A stretch of DNA of 64,000 nt from Candidatus Velthaea sp. GTDB lineage: Bacteria > Vulcanimicrobiota > Vulcanimicrobiia > Vulcanimicrobiales > Vulcanimicrobiaceae. The DNA lies in contig CBDCCS010000022.1 of NCBI GenBank assembly GCA_965214935.1, positions 64,001 through 128,000 on the forward strand, read 5' to 3'. The notes beneath the pieces are model-generated. The model ran no database searches and was not told where the DNA came from. It saw nothing but the letters and a program-made list of their open reading frames with translations. The translations under genes were made by a program, and so were the position numbers. Below, piece after piece: positions 47,324 to 56,120 of the stretch. Positions within the stretch are counted from its first letter, which is position 1. Every line of letters starts with the position of its first letter.

Positions 47324-48541
47324 ATGGCGAGTCTTTCACGCAGCGGCGCTTTTCGCTCGCCGTCGTTCGTACGCTTTTATCTCGGCCAATCGCTCAGTTA
47401 TGTCGGCGACGGGCTGCGTACGCTTGCTATTCCCTTGTTGGTGTTCAAGCTTACCGGATCTGCGGTTTCGCTCGGTGTTACCTTCGCACTCGAAATCACG
47501 CCGTTTGCGCTTTTTAGTCTCGTAGGTGGATCGCTCGCCGACCGTCTTGATCGCCGGATGCTCATGTTGCTTTCCGACGCCGTACGCTTTGCAATTATGC
47601 TGCTCTTTACGGTCGCCTACGCGACCCATCTGCTCACGTTGCCGCTGCTCTATTGCGGTGTGGTGTTGCTCGCAATGTGCGGTGCGATCTTCCTCGGTTG
47701 TCAGTCGCCGTCGATCCCGTATCTGCTCGGCAAGTCCGGCGCAAAACCGGCCGTCGCCATGCTCTTTGCAACCGAACAAGCCGTCAATCTCGTAGCGCCG
47801 CCCGTCGGTGGCGCGCTGTTCAATCTCGCCGGGCCGTTACCGGCGCTCGCGCTCAACGCGCTAACGTACTTAACGTCGCAAGTTTCGATCGCTTCAGTTA
47901 AGGATTTCGGACCCGACCGGCCTAGCGGCGTACCCGGCTTTGCCGACATGGGGGCCGACATCATGAACGGTTGGCGCTTCGTCATGCACGATGCAGCATT
48001 GCGCACGCTGACATTTGCGCAGTTGTTTATCAACGCGTTCGGCGCAATGGGGTTCGTCGTGCTTATTCCGTATTTCAAACGTGAGTTCGGCGCGAGCGAT
48101 CAAGTTGTCGGCTTGATCTTCGGCGCTATCTCGATCGGCACCGTCGTCGGCTCGATGGTTAGCGGCCGCACGCATTGGCCGTTCGGACGCGCGCTGATCG
48201 CTGCGTTCATTCTTGATGCCATGTGTTGGGCGCCGACAATTTGGACGCATTCGCTGGCAGTCGCCGTTGCAGCGGTCACCGCCGGTAGCGCCTGCGGCAT
48301 TTATGCAATAACGTCGATTGTCGCCTGGCGTATGCGCATCATTCCCGACGCGATGGTGGGTCGCGTCTTCGGCGTCATTCGCTTGATCGTCATCATCGGA
48401 ATGTTGCCGGGTTCGCTAGTGGGCGGACTGATCGGCGACCGGTATGGAACGCGGACGGCGATGCTCATATCGACGTTCGGTTATGCCGTGCTGGCGCTCA
48501 TAGTACTCGGTATACGATCGCTGCGGAGCGATAAGCGTTAG
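47324..48541 (+). CDS. MFS transporter (DHA3/EntS-like)
   Basis: About 12 TM segments, GGSLADRLDRR motif A, IPDAMVGRV. Confidence 0.9.
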   Translation: MASLSRSGAFRSPSFVRFYLGQSLSYVGDGLRTLAIPLLVFKLTGSAVSLGVTFALEITPFALFSLVGGSLADRLDRRMLMLLSDAVRFAIMLLFTVAYATHLLTLPLLYCGVVLLAMCGAIFLGCQSPSIPYLLGKSGAKPAVAMLFATEQAVNLVAPPVGGALFNLAGPLPALALNALTYLTSQVSIASVKDFGPDRPSGVPGFADMGADIMNGWRFVMHDAALRTLTFAQLFINAFGAMGFVVLIPYFKREFGASDQVVGLIFGAISIGTVVGSMVSGRTHWPFGRALIAAFILDAMCWAPTIWTHSLAVAVAAVTAGSACGIYAITSIVAWRMRIIPDAMVGRVFGVIRLIVIIGMLPGSLVGGLIGDRYGTRTAMLISTFGYAVLALIVLGIRSLRSDKR

Positions 48542-48621
48542 GCCGTCGGACGCGGAGTCGTACAAGCGGGGAAGGGTGCCATGCTCTCCAATACCAGCCG
48601 TTCCCAATACGAGGAAGCGAT

Positions 48622-49086
48622 ATGCGCCAACTAAGCAGTTCTCTCCAAGTAAAGGCGCCGGCCAGTTTTGCTCTCGCATTCGTTCGGACGTACTTCTTAC
48701 AACGCGGTCCGGAGGGCTCCGCCCGGCTCGCTCTGCGTTTCGCCTTGCCGAATATCATCATGAGCGGTTTAACGATCGAGAAAGTCGTGCTGCTCGAATT
48801 TGCATCTGCGCCGGCGGACGCACACCGGCAGAGCGTTGCCATCGGCTGGAAACCGCTCGCAACGCGCGCGTTGCCGAGTTTTTCGGGCATGCTCGAAGCG
48901 CTCGCCGTAAGCACGGAGACGTGCCGCTTGACCATCGACGGCGCATACACCCCACCGGGCGGGTTGGCCGGCGTGCTCTTCGATCGGATGATCGGCGTGC
49001 GCATCGCGCGTGCAACGCTTGCCGCGCTACTGGCTCGCTTCACCGTAGACATCGAAGCCGATTACTTGCAGCGCGTTTCGCGCTAA
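48622..49086 (+). CDS. Uncharacterised START/SRPBCC-like protein, paralogue A
   Basis: W.P...LPSFSGML...GAYTPPGGLAGVLFD..IG.RIA..T...LL motif shared with three other ORFs in the window. Confidence 0.75.
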   Translation: MRQLSSSLQVKAPASFALAFVRTYFLQRGPEGSARLALRFALPNIIMSGLTIEKVVLLEFASAPADAHRQSVAIGWKPLATRALPSFSGMLEALAVSTETCRLTIDGAYTPPGGLAGVLFDRMIGVRIARATLAALLARFTVDIEADYLQRVSR

Positions 49087-49095
49087 CGCACGGTT

Positions 49096-49160
49096 GTGAA
49101 CGCGCAATGAAGGCGGCGTGAAGGCCGATTCATTGCAAGCGCAAGCTGCGCAGCTACGAT
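49096..49160 (+). promoter_or_regulatory. Oxidase operon promoter: three 11-bp-spaced (G/A)TGAA repeats plus sigma70-like TTGCAA-N16-TACGAT, leaderless
   Basis: GTGAA 49096, ATGAA 49107, GTGAA 49118; -35 at 49133; -10 at 49155; ATG 6 nt after the -10. Confidence 0.55.
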
Positions 49161-49166
49161 CGGACG

Positions 49167-49283
49167 ATGAAACCAGCCCTTGACGAGCCGCTTCCGACGA
49201 CGCTCGCTTTTGTCTTAAGTGTCGGCGCAATCATTCTCATCGGCTGGATCGGCATGTTTCTTCTGCTGCGAGCACGCTGGTAA
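49167..49283 (+). CDS. cbaD: ba3-type oxidase small subunit IIa (38 aa, single TM)
   Basis: MKPALDEPLPTTLAFVLSVGAIILIGWIGMFLLLRARW, immediately upstream of subunit II. Length, hydrophobicity and the W...AR end match subunit IIa. Confidence 0.75.
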   Translation: MKPALDEPLPTTLAFVLSVGAIILIGWIGMFLLLRARW

Positions 49284-49286
49284 GCG

Positions 49287-49754
49287 ATGCACGTTCACCG
49301 CTACGAGCGAATCTGGCTATCGGTCGGAATTGCAATGCTCGCTTTTTTTCTTGCCGTCGTTGCAACGGCCGCCGTCGTCGACGGCTTCGTACCGCCGAGT
49401 CACGTGCAGACGATCGATCCGGCGCGCGTTGCCCAAACGCCGCCGTTCGATCATCCGGGTTTGCGCAAAGTCGGCGCGGGTGCATACGAGGCGTACTATA
49501 TTGCGCAAATCTTCTCGTTCAGTCCGCAATCGATTACCGTCCCGGCCGGATCTCGCGTTACATTCTATGTAACGAGCAGCGACGTCGAGCACGGCTTCAG
49601 CATCCCCGAAACCGGAGTGAATACGATGGTCACACCGGGCTGGGTCAGCTCCGTTTCACATACCTTTAAAACAGCCGGGACGTATCTGCTGGTGTGCAAC
49701 GAGTATTGCGGCAGCGCGCATCAACTCATGGCGGCCAAGGTCGTGGTGCGATGA
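49287..49754 (+). CDS. cbaB: ba3-type (family B) cytochrome c oxidase subunit II
   Basis: Single TM (HRYERIW), CuA ligands DVEHGF and CNEYCGSAHQLM. Confidence 0.93.
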   Translation: MHVHRYERIWLSVGIAMLAFFLAVVATAAVVDGFVPPSHVQTIDPARVAQTPPFDHPGLRKVGAGAYEAYYIAQIFSFSPQSITVPAGSRVTFYVTSSDVEHGFSIPETGVNTMVTPGWVSSVSHTFKTAGTYLLVCNEYCGSAHQLMAAKVVVR

Positions 49755-51442
49755 AGCTGATCGCGCGTCCGCAAGGTCCGCTCATTCCGGTCGCACCGCC
49801 GCCGCCGCCGGAGTTCGCTCTATCAAGGGCACGCGGCGATTTACTCGTGCTCACGTACATTTACACGGCAACACTGGTCCTGGGCGCCGGGGCACTGTTC
49901 GGCTTATTACAAGCATTCTCGCGTGCGAACTGGATCGCGTTACCGGCCTGGTTCGATTATTACCGGATGCTCACGGCGCACGGCGTCATGATGGCGCTCG
50001 TTTTTACAACCTTCTTCATCGTCGGCCTCTTCACGTATTGCACCTATCGGGCTATTCCACGCGAACGCACGTTCCGCTTAAATTGGACGGGATATTGCGT
50101 GATGCTGCTCGGGACGGTCATGGCGACCATCGCCATTCTCGACGGCAGCGCGAGCGTACTCTACACGTTCTACGCGCCGCTCAAAGCCAGTCCGCTCTTT
50201 TATTTCGGTGCGACTCTGCTCATAGCGGGAACCTGGTTTGTCGCAGCCGACATCATCGTGAACGTCCGCTGGTTTCAACGCCGTCATCGCGGCGCAAGCA
50301 TTCCGCTGCCGGCGTTCATGGCGCTCACGACGATGATCATGTGGATGATCGCGACGCTGGGCGTCGTCGCCGAGATGGGCATTCTTATTCCGTGGTCGCT
50401 CGGCTGGACGCATGGCGTCGACGTCGAGTTGACGCGCATGCTGTTTTGGTATTTCGGTCACCCGCTCGTGTATTTTTGGATTATGGGCGCGTATACGATC
50501 TGGTACGCAGTGGTGCCCACGACATACAAAGGCAGCGTTTTTTCCGACGCGCTGACGCGTGTTGCATTTCTCTCGCTGCTCGTGCTGTCGACGCCGGTCG
50601 GACTGCACCATCAGTTCCTCGATCCCGGCGTTCCGGCTGGTTGGAAGTTTCTGCATGCGGTGTTGACGTACGGCGTCGTCATTCCATCGTTCATGACGGC
50701 GTTTGCGATCTTTGCTTCGTTCGAGATCGCGGCGCGGCGCGCCGGCGTACGCGGTTTCGTCAACATCGTGCGTTGGCTGCCGTGGAAAGATCCGGCTTTC
50801 GCCGGACCGGGATTAGGCATGATTCTGTTCATCTTCGGCGGGTTCGGCGGCATCGTCAACAACTCGTATGCAATGGATGTGCTCGTCCACAACACCATGT
50901 GGATTGTCGGCCACTTCCATATCACCGTCGGCGGTCCGGTCGCTTTGACGTTCATCGGCGCGTCTTACCGGCTCATTCCGGCGCTGACCGGCCGCAAGCT
51001 GTTTGCCCCGCGCGCGGCATTAATCTCGATCTATCTCTGGTTCGTCGGCATGGTCGTCATGTCGATGGCGATGCATTGGGCGGGCCTTTTAGGTGCGCCG
51101 CGTCGTGCCTCGGACGTTACGTATCTCGGCGCGCAAGGTGCCTTGTCGTGGCATCCGGAGATGGTCGGCGCGGCCGTCGGCGGGACGCTCGTTGCCGTTG
51201 CGGTCTTGCTTTTCATCGTCGTTGCGACGGGCACGTATCTCAACAACGAAGTCGCTGAACGACCGCCCACCTTCGACTTTGCGCCGATCGACGAGAATGC
51301 CGGACCGACTCCGGCCGTGCTCGATAGATTCGGACGCTGGGCGGCAGTTGCTATCGTGGTTGCGGTCCTGGCCTATGCCGGACCGGTCGCGCAGGAAATA
51401 AGCAGCCATCCGTATTTAGCGCCCGGTCTGCGAACGTGGTGA
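49751..51442 (+). CDS. cbaA: ba3-type (family B) heme-copper oxidase subunit I
   Basis: LTAHG, FWYFGHPLVYFW (no A-family PEVY Glu), GLHHQF, PSFMTAF, GHFH, GAPRR. Confidence 0.95.
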   Translation: MKLIARPQGPLIPVAPPPPPEFALSRARGDLLVLTYIYTATLVLGAGALFGLLQAFSRANWIALPAWFDYYRMLTAHGVMMALVFTTFFIVGLFTYCTYRAIPRERTFRLNWTGYCVMLLGTVMATIAILDGSASVLYTFYAPLKASPLFYFGATLLIAGTWFVAADIIVNVRWFQRRHRGASIPLPAFMALTTMIMWMIATLGVVAEMGILIPWSLGWTHGVDVELTRMLFWYFGHPLVYFWIMGAYTIWYAVVPTTYKGSVFSDALTRVAFLSLLVLSTPVGLHHQFLDPGVPAGWKFLHAVLTYGVVIPSFMTAFAIFASFEIAARRAGVRGFVNIVRWLPWKDPAFAGPGLGMILFIFGGFGGIVNNSYAMDVLVHNTMWIVGHFHITVGGPVALTFIGASYRLIPALTGRKLFAPRAALISIYLWFVGMVVMSMAMHWAGLLGAPRRASDVTYLGAQGALSWHPEMVGAAVGGTLVAVAVLLFIVVATGTYLNNEVAERPPTFDFAPIDENAGPTPAVLDRFGRWAAVAIVVAVLAYAGPVAQEISSHPYLAPGLRTW

Positions 51443-52248
51443 TCCGAGCCCTCGTGCTGCTCGTCACGATTGCGTGGACGAGCGGTGCGGCGGTCGCACC
51501 GCTGCGTTTCATTCCGACACTCGAAGCCGGCGACGCGATCCCGACGACGTTAGCGCTTACCGCGCAAAACGGACGGCAATTTACGTTTTCGACGTTCGCG
51601 GGACGAGCCGTCGTCGTCTCGTTCATCTATACGCGTTGCCCCGACCCGCGCATGTGTCCGCTCGTAGCAGCCAAGTTCGCGACGCTGCAGCAGTCGATCG
51701 GGATTGCGCCGATCCGGCTGCTGCTCGTGACGCTCGATCCGGCGTACGACACACCGGCCGTTTTAGAGCGGTACGGTCGCAGGTTTGGCCGCAGCAGTAA
51801 CTGGACGCTTGCAACAGGCGCGCCAACGACAATCGATGAATTCGCCGCTCGGCTGGGCATTGCGACGGCTCGAAGCATACCGGGCAGCGTTACGCATACC
51901 GAAGCTGCCGTCGTCGTCGGTCCGGACGGCCGAATCGCCCAAACGATTTACGGCAACGCGTGGACGCCCGGCGAGCTGCTGGCCGGCGCGCGTGCGACGC
52001 TTCCGGCCGGACATAGCGGTTTGCTTACGCTGCGCACGTGGCTCGGCGCGACGCTCGAACGCTGCGGCGGCGGAGCGCTCGCTCTCGGCGGCGGCGGTAT
52101 GGTCGCCGTTTTCCTCGGCATGATGAGCGTCGCCGGAGCAGTCTTTTGGCTCGCGTTCCGTACGCCTCGGCGGCCCGTCAAGACCGGGGTGCAACCAAGC
52201 GCCGGTCGAATCGATACGGGATGCATCCCGGCGCCCGACCGGCAGTGA
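51436..52248 (+). CDS. SCO1/SenC copper chaperone
   Basis: FIYTRCPDPRMCP, TLDPAYDTP, conserved His (VTHTE), C-terminal TM. Confidence 0.88.
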   Translation: MVIRALVLLVTIAWTSGAAVAPLRFIPTLEAGDAIPTTLALTAQNGRQFTFSTFAGRAVVVSFIYTRCPDPRMCPLVAAKFATLQQSIGIAPIRLLLVTLDPAYDTPAVLERYGRRFGRSSNWTLATGAPTTIDEFAARLGIATARSIPGSVTHTEAAVVVGPDGRIAQTIYGNAWTPGELLAGARATLPAGHSGLLTLRTWLGATLERCGGGALALGGGGMVAVFLGMMSVAGAVFWLAFRTPRRPVKTGVQPSAGRIDTGCIPAPDRQ

Positions 52249-52922
52249 ACGTGCTCATCGTCGACGATGAACCGGAGATCGTCGCTATTTTGCGCGCGTA
52301 TCTGTGCGACGAGGGCTTCGGCGTATCGGTTGCGTACGACGGCGAAGAAGCGCTCCGGCTCGCACAGCACGAACGGCCCGATCTCGTCTTGCTCGACCTG
52401 TCGTTACCGCTTGTATCGGGACTCGAAGTATTTCGCGAACTACGACGCGACGGCGACATCCCGGTCATCATGGTCACCGCCCGCGTCGACGAAGTCGATC
52501 GGGTTGTCGGTTTAGAGCTCGGTGCGGACGATTACATCGGCAAGCCGTTTAGCTCGCGCGAAGTCGTCGCGCGGGTCAAAGCGGTGCTGCGCCGCACGAA
52601 CGGCCGGTCGCAGCGCTCGGGAATTTTGCGCTTCGGTGACATTGAATTCGACCGCATCGGACATGAAGTTCGCCGGGCGGGCGTTGCCGTCAACATCACA
52701 CCTATGGAGTTCCGCATTCTCGAAACGCTCGTGGCGCACGCCGGCCGGGCGTTCACGCGCACGCAACTGCTCGATGCGCTCAGCGACGATGAACTCGACG
52801 TATTCGATCGAACGCTCGACCGTCATATTGCAAACATCCGGCAAAAGCTCGAGCCCGATCCCACGCATCCGCTCTATGTCGTAACAGTCTTCGGCGTCGG
52901 TTATAAGTTTGTCGGTAACTGA
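52245..52922 (+). CDS. OmpR/BaeR-family response regulator
   Basis: IVDDE, LLDLSLP, MVTAR, GADDYIGKPF, and wHTH (RTLDRHIANIRQKL, TVFGVGY). GTG overlaps the SCO stop. Confidence 0.93.
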   Translation: MNVLIVDDEPEIVAILRAYLCDEGFGVSVAYDGEEALRLAQHERPDLVLLDLSLPLVSGLEVFRELRRDGDIPVIMVTARVDEVDRVVGLELGADDYIGKPFSSREVVARVKAVLRRTNGRSQRSGILRFGDIEFDRIGHEVRRAGVAVNITPMEFRILETLVAHAGRAFTRTQLLDALSDDELDVFDRTLDRHIANIRQKLEPDPTHPLYVVTVFGVGYKFVGN

Positions 52923-53194
52923 TGCGCTCGACCATTCATGAGATGCGCAATCAACTGACGGTCGCCGTTGCGAACATCGAAGCGTTCTTGGACGGCAAGC
53001 TTTCGCCGACACCTGCACGCCTGAGCGCCGTACTGCTGGCGCTACGTGAACTCGACGTCTTATTCGATCGACTGCGTACGGCGGACATGCAGCCCGGAAC
53101 AGCGGTCGATCGCCCACGCGGAGTTCGTGGGGTCGCAACCGACGTTCGTCCGGCCGGAACCACCGCAGCTAATGATCCAAGCGGCGTCATGTAA
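52922..53194 (+). CDS. Stand-alone HisKA (DHp)-like protein lacking sensor and ATPase domains
   Basis: MRSTIHEMRNQLTVAVANIEAFLDGKL aligns with the N-terminus of the kinase at 56823. TGATG-coupled to the regulator. Confidence 0.7.
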   Translation: MRSTIHEMRNQLTVAVANIEAFLDGKLSPTPARLSAVLLALRELDVLFDRLRTADMQPGTAVDRPRGVRGVATDVRPAGTTAANDPSGVM

Positions 53195-53238
53195 GGCCCG
53201 CTTCCTATCATCGCTCCGGCGAATCGATGCGGCGCGCC

Positions 53239-53254
53239 TTCACCGCTTCTTCAC
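53239..53254 (+). promoter_or_regulatory. TTCAC-N6-TTCAC direct repeat upstream of paralogue B/ackA
   Basis: TTCAC at 53239 and 53250 (11-bp period). Confidence 0.45.
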
Positions 53255-53379
53255 CACCGGGTGATCCCGGCGTATTACCGTGTGAGGGTAACGCTATACG
53301 CGTCCATGTCGCAAAGCGAAGAACGGGCAGCGCCGTGCGGTGACCGAGAAATTTGCGTACGCGCCTTTAGGAGAAATGT

Positions 53380-53895
53380 ATGAGCAGCCTTGTCGAACGT
53401 GCGATCGTTCACTGCAGCGTCAATCAAGCTTCGTTGCACCTTGCCCGGTATTTTCGTGCGCGCGGCAACAGCGACGGCGATATAGCGCGGCTCAATCTGC
53501 GCGCCGACGTGCAGGTGCCCGGCAGCAATACGTTTCGGCTCGAGCGGACGGCAATCGCCACGCTGACTCCGCTGCACGCGCGGGGCGAGATGCTGCCGCA
53601 TTATGCCGTCAACTGGACGCCCGAACGAAGCGGTCCGTATCCGACCTTCAACGGCGATCTAGCCATTGAAAACGCGGATGATTACCATTCGTTTTATTTG
53701 GTCCTCAAGGGAACGTACGAACCGCCGTTGGGCGTTCTGGGTGCGGCCTTCGACGCCGTCGTCGGACATCGAATCGCGGAACTCACGGCGCGTAATTTGC
53801 TCGCGACCATTGCCGACTCGATTGAGGCCGACTTCACGGTAGTCGAGACGTCCAAAGCACAAGCACGTGCTAAAGCCGCGACGACGGCGCACTAA
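53380..53895 (+). CDS. Uncharacterised START/SRPBCC-like protein, paralogue B
   Basis: RBS AGGAG; WTP...YPTFNGDL...GTYEPPLGVLGAAFDAVVGHRIA..TARNLL..IA..IE. Confidence 0.8.
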   Translation: MSSLVERAIVHCSVNQASLHLARYFRARGNSDGDIARLNLRADVQVPGSNTFRLERTAIATLTPLHARGEMLPHYAVNWTPERSGPYPTFNGDLAIENADDYHSFYLVLKGTYEPPLGVLGAAFDAVVGHRIAELTARNLLATIADSIEADFTVVETSKAQARAKAATTAH

Positions 53896-53922
53896 CGGTG
53901 ACCGGCGCACGCCGTTAAGGGC

Positions 53923-55101
53923 GTGAACATATTCGTGCTCAATGCCGGTTCGAGTAGCGTCAAAACCGCCTACTTCGAGCGGCCGGCTGCGCCGGCGTCC
54001 GAACCGGTCTGGTCCGCGGAGGTGCACTGGTCCGCGCTACCGTCGCGCGCAACGCTCGCGTGGACGTCGACCGTTTACGGCAGCGGACGGCGCGAGGTCG
54101 ACGTCGATGCGCACGGCAGTGCCGCTGCCGCAATCTTAACGGCCGCCGTCGATTCGGCCCACATCCAACCGGAGGCCTTCGGTCACCGGGTCGTTCATGG
54201 TTTGACCGAGTCGCGCTGCACGCTCATCGATGCACGGGTGCGTACGTTGATCGAAACGGCGGCCGAGCTCGCGCCGCTGCACAACCGAGCGGCGCTCGCG
54301 GGCATCGACGCGGTCGCAGCCGCGTTCCCCGGCGTGCCGCAGGCGGTGGTGTTCGATACGGCTTTCCATACAACGCTCGCGCCGGCAGCCGCCGCGTACG
54401 CGCTGCCGTACGATTGGTTTGCAACCCGCGGCTTGCGCAAATACGGCTTTCACGGAATCAGCCATGGTTACTGCGCACAGCGCACGGCCGAAGTTCTCAA
54501 CATCGAACCGGCACGGCTGCGCATGGTCAGTGCGCATCTCGGCAACGGCTGTTCGCTCGCCGCGATCGCCGGCGGGAAGAGCGTCGACACGACGATGGGC
54601 TTTACGCCGCTCGACGGCTTGATGATGGGCTCGCGCTGCGGCAGCGTCGACCCCGGTCTCGTGCTGCATTTGCTGCAAACCAACGCCTATACCGTCGCCG
54701 GCCTCGACCGCATCTTGAACGCCGAATCGGGCCTGGCCGGTGTCTCGCAGGTGTCCGAAGATCTACGCGCGGTCATTGCTGCAGCCGAAGCAGGCTCGGC
54801 GCAAGCACAGCTCGCGCTCGACATGTACGTTCGGCGCTTGAGCTCAGGCATCGCTGCAATGGCGACGGCGACGGGCGGGATCGATGCACTTGCCTTTACC
54901 GGCGGGGTCGGTCAGCACAGTGCGTACGTGCGCGACCGCGTCGGTGCGCAGCTCGCATTTTTGGGTGTTGCAATTGCAGACGGCACGAACGAAGGCGCTG
55001 ACCGCGAGATTAGCGCAGCGGACGCCGCTGTCCGCGTTGCCGTAATCGCCGCGCGCGAAGAATACGCTATCGCGCGCGATGTTGCCGCACTCATCGCATG
55101 A
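53923..55101 (+). CDS. ackA: Acetate/propionate kinase
   Basis: LNAGSSSVK, GHRVVHG, APLHN, FDTAFH, YGFHGISH, HLGNGCS, TTMGFTPLDG, FTGGVG. Confidence 0.95.
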   Translation: MNIFVLNAGSSSVKTAYFERPAAPASEPVWSAEVHWSALPSRATLAWTSTVYGSGRREVDVDAHGSAAAAILTAAVDSAHIQPEAFGHRVVHGLTESRCTLIDARVRTLIETAAELAPLHNRAALAGIDAVAAAFPGVPQAVVFDTAFHTTLAPAAAAYALPYDWFATRGLRKYGFHGISHGYCAQRTAEVLNIEPARLRMVSAHLGNGCSLAAIAGGKSVDTTMGFTPLDGLMMGSRCGSVDPGLVLHLLQTNAYTVAGLDRILNAESGLAGVSQVSEDLRAVIAAAEAGSAQAQLALDMYVRRLSSGIAAMATATGGIDALAFTGGVGQHSAYVRDRVGAQLAFLGVAIADGTNEGADREISAADAAVRVAVIAAREEYAIARDVAALIA

Positions 55102-55103
55102 AC

Positions 55104-55163
55104 TTCACCGCCGGTTCACACCCGCTTCGCAGTCCGCTCAACGGCCTCTGCTAAACTGCAGAT
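55104..55163 (+). promoter_or_regulatory. USP promoter: 11-bp-periodic TTCAC repeats plus extended -10, leaderless
   Basis: TTCAC 55104, TTCAC 55115, TTCGC 55126; TGcTAAACT ends 6 nt before the ATG. Confidence 0.55.
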
Positions 55164-56120
55164 ATGAAGAGCTTTGCCCGTTTGATTCTACCGGTCGACG
55201 GATCCGCAGCTTCGAATCGCAGCTTGATGTATGCCGCGCAGATCGCGGTTCGCGAACATGCCGTTGTCGACGTGTGCTCGGTCGTCGATGAAGCAACAAT
55301 CATGTTGCCTGTCGCCGAAGGCGTCTTGGTCAATCCGGCCTTGCTCGACGCGATTGAATCAGCCGCCGGCGGCCATGTTGCAGATGCCGTTCGCCGGCTG
55401 GAGGCGTTGGGCGTTCAAGCCGCCGGCGCTCCGGTTTTGAACGGTAGTCCGAGCGTCCAAATCGACGCGTTTGCACGCCGCAAAGACGCGGACGCGATCT
55501 TTATCGGTACGAACGGCCGAAACGGTATGGAGCGCATGCTGCTAGGCAGCGTCACGACCGCGTTGCTCTGTGTCACGGACATTCCGGTCGTTACCGTGCA
55601 CGCCGATGATTCCGTCCACTCCGGACCGATGCTCGTCGCCATTGATGCATCCGCGGCGTCCGCGGCGGCTCTCGACTGCGCGATCGAGCAGGCACGAGCT
55701 GCGGGAACGGCCCTGCAACTCGTCCATGTCTTCGAGGACAGCCAGGTCGACCGGTTGGGTACGGCGCTCGGCTTGCGAACGGGCGACGCGCGGCGTCACG
55801 CTCTTACCGCTGCTGAAACCGTCCTTGAAACAGCCGCCGAGCGCGTGCGCGACGCCGGTATCACCTTTACGAGCGAACTCGTTGCCGGTGCCGCTCTGAC
55901 AGCGCTATTGACCGCAGTCGAGCGGCACGGTGCCGGCAGCATTGCCATCGGCACGCATGGACGCAATGCGCTCGAACGCCTCGCGCTCGGCAGCGTCTCC
56001 GATGGGGTCGTTCGCAATGCCCGCGTTCCGGTGTACGTGGTGCCGCAACGGCGGATTACAGCGCGCGGACCGCATCCCGTTGCAAACGTTCCCGGGTTGC
56101 GCGAAGTGGCAGCGTTCTAG
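55164..56120 (+). CDS. Tandem-domain universal stress protein
   Basis: Two USP domains: PVDGS...GTNGR.G..RMLLGSV and AIDAS...GTHGR..LERLALGSVS. Confidence 0.92.
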   Translation: MKSFARLILPVDGSAASNRSLMYAAQIAVREHAVVDVCSVVDEATIMLPVAEGVLVNPALLDAIESAAGGHVADAVRRLEALGVQAAGAPVLNGSPSVQIDAFARRKDADAIFIGTNGRNGMERMLLGSVTTALLCVTDIPVVTVHADDSVHSGPMLVAIDASAASAAALDCAIEQARAAGTALQLVHVFEDSQVDRLGTALGLRTGDARRHALTAAETVLETAAERVRDAGITFTSELVAGAALTALLTAVERHGAGSIAIGTHGRNALERLALGSVSDGVVRNARVPVYVVPQRRITARGPHPVANVPGLREVAAF

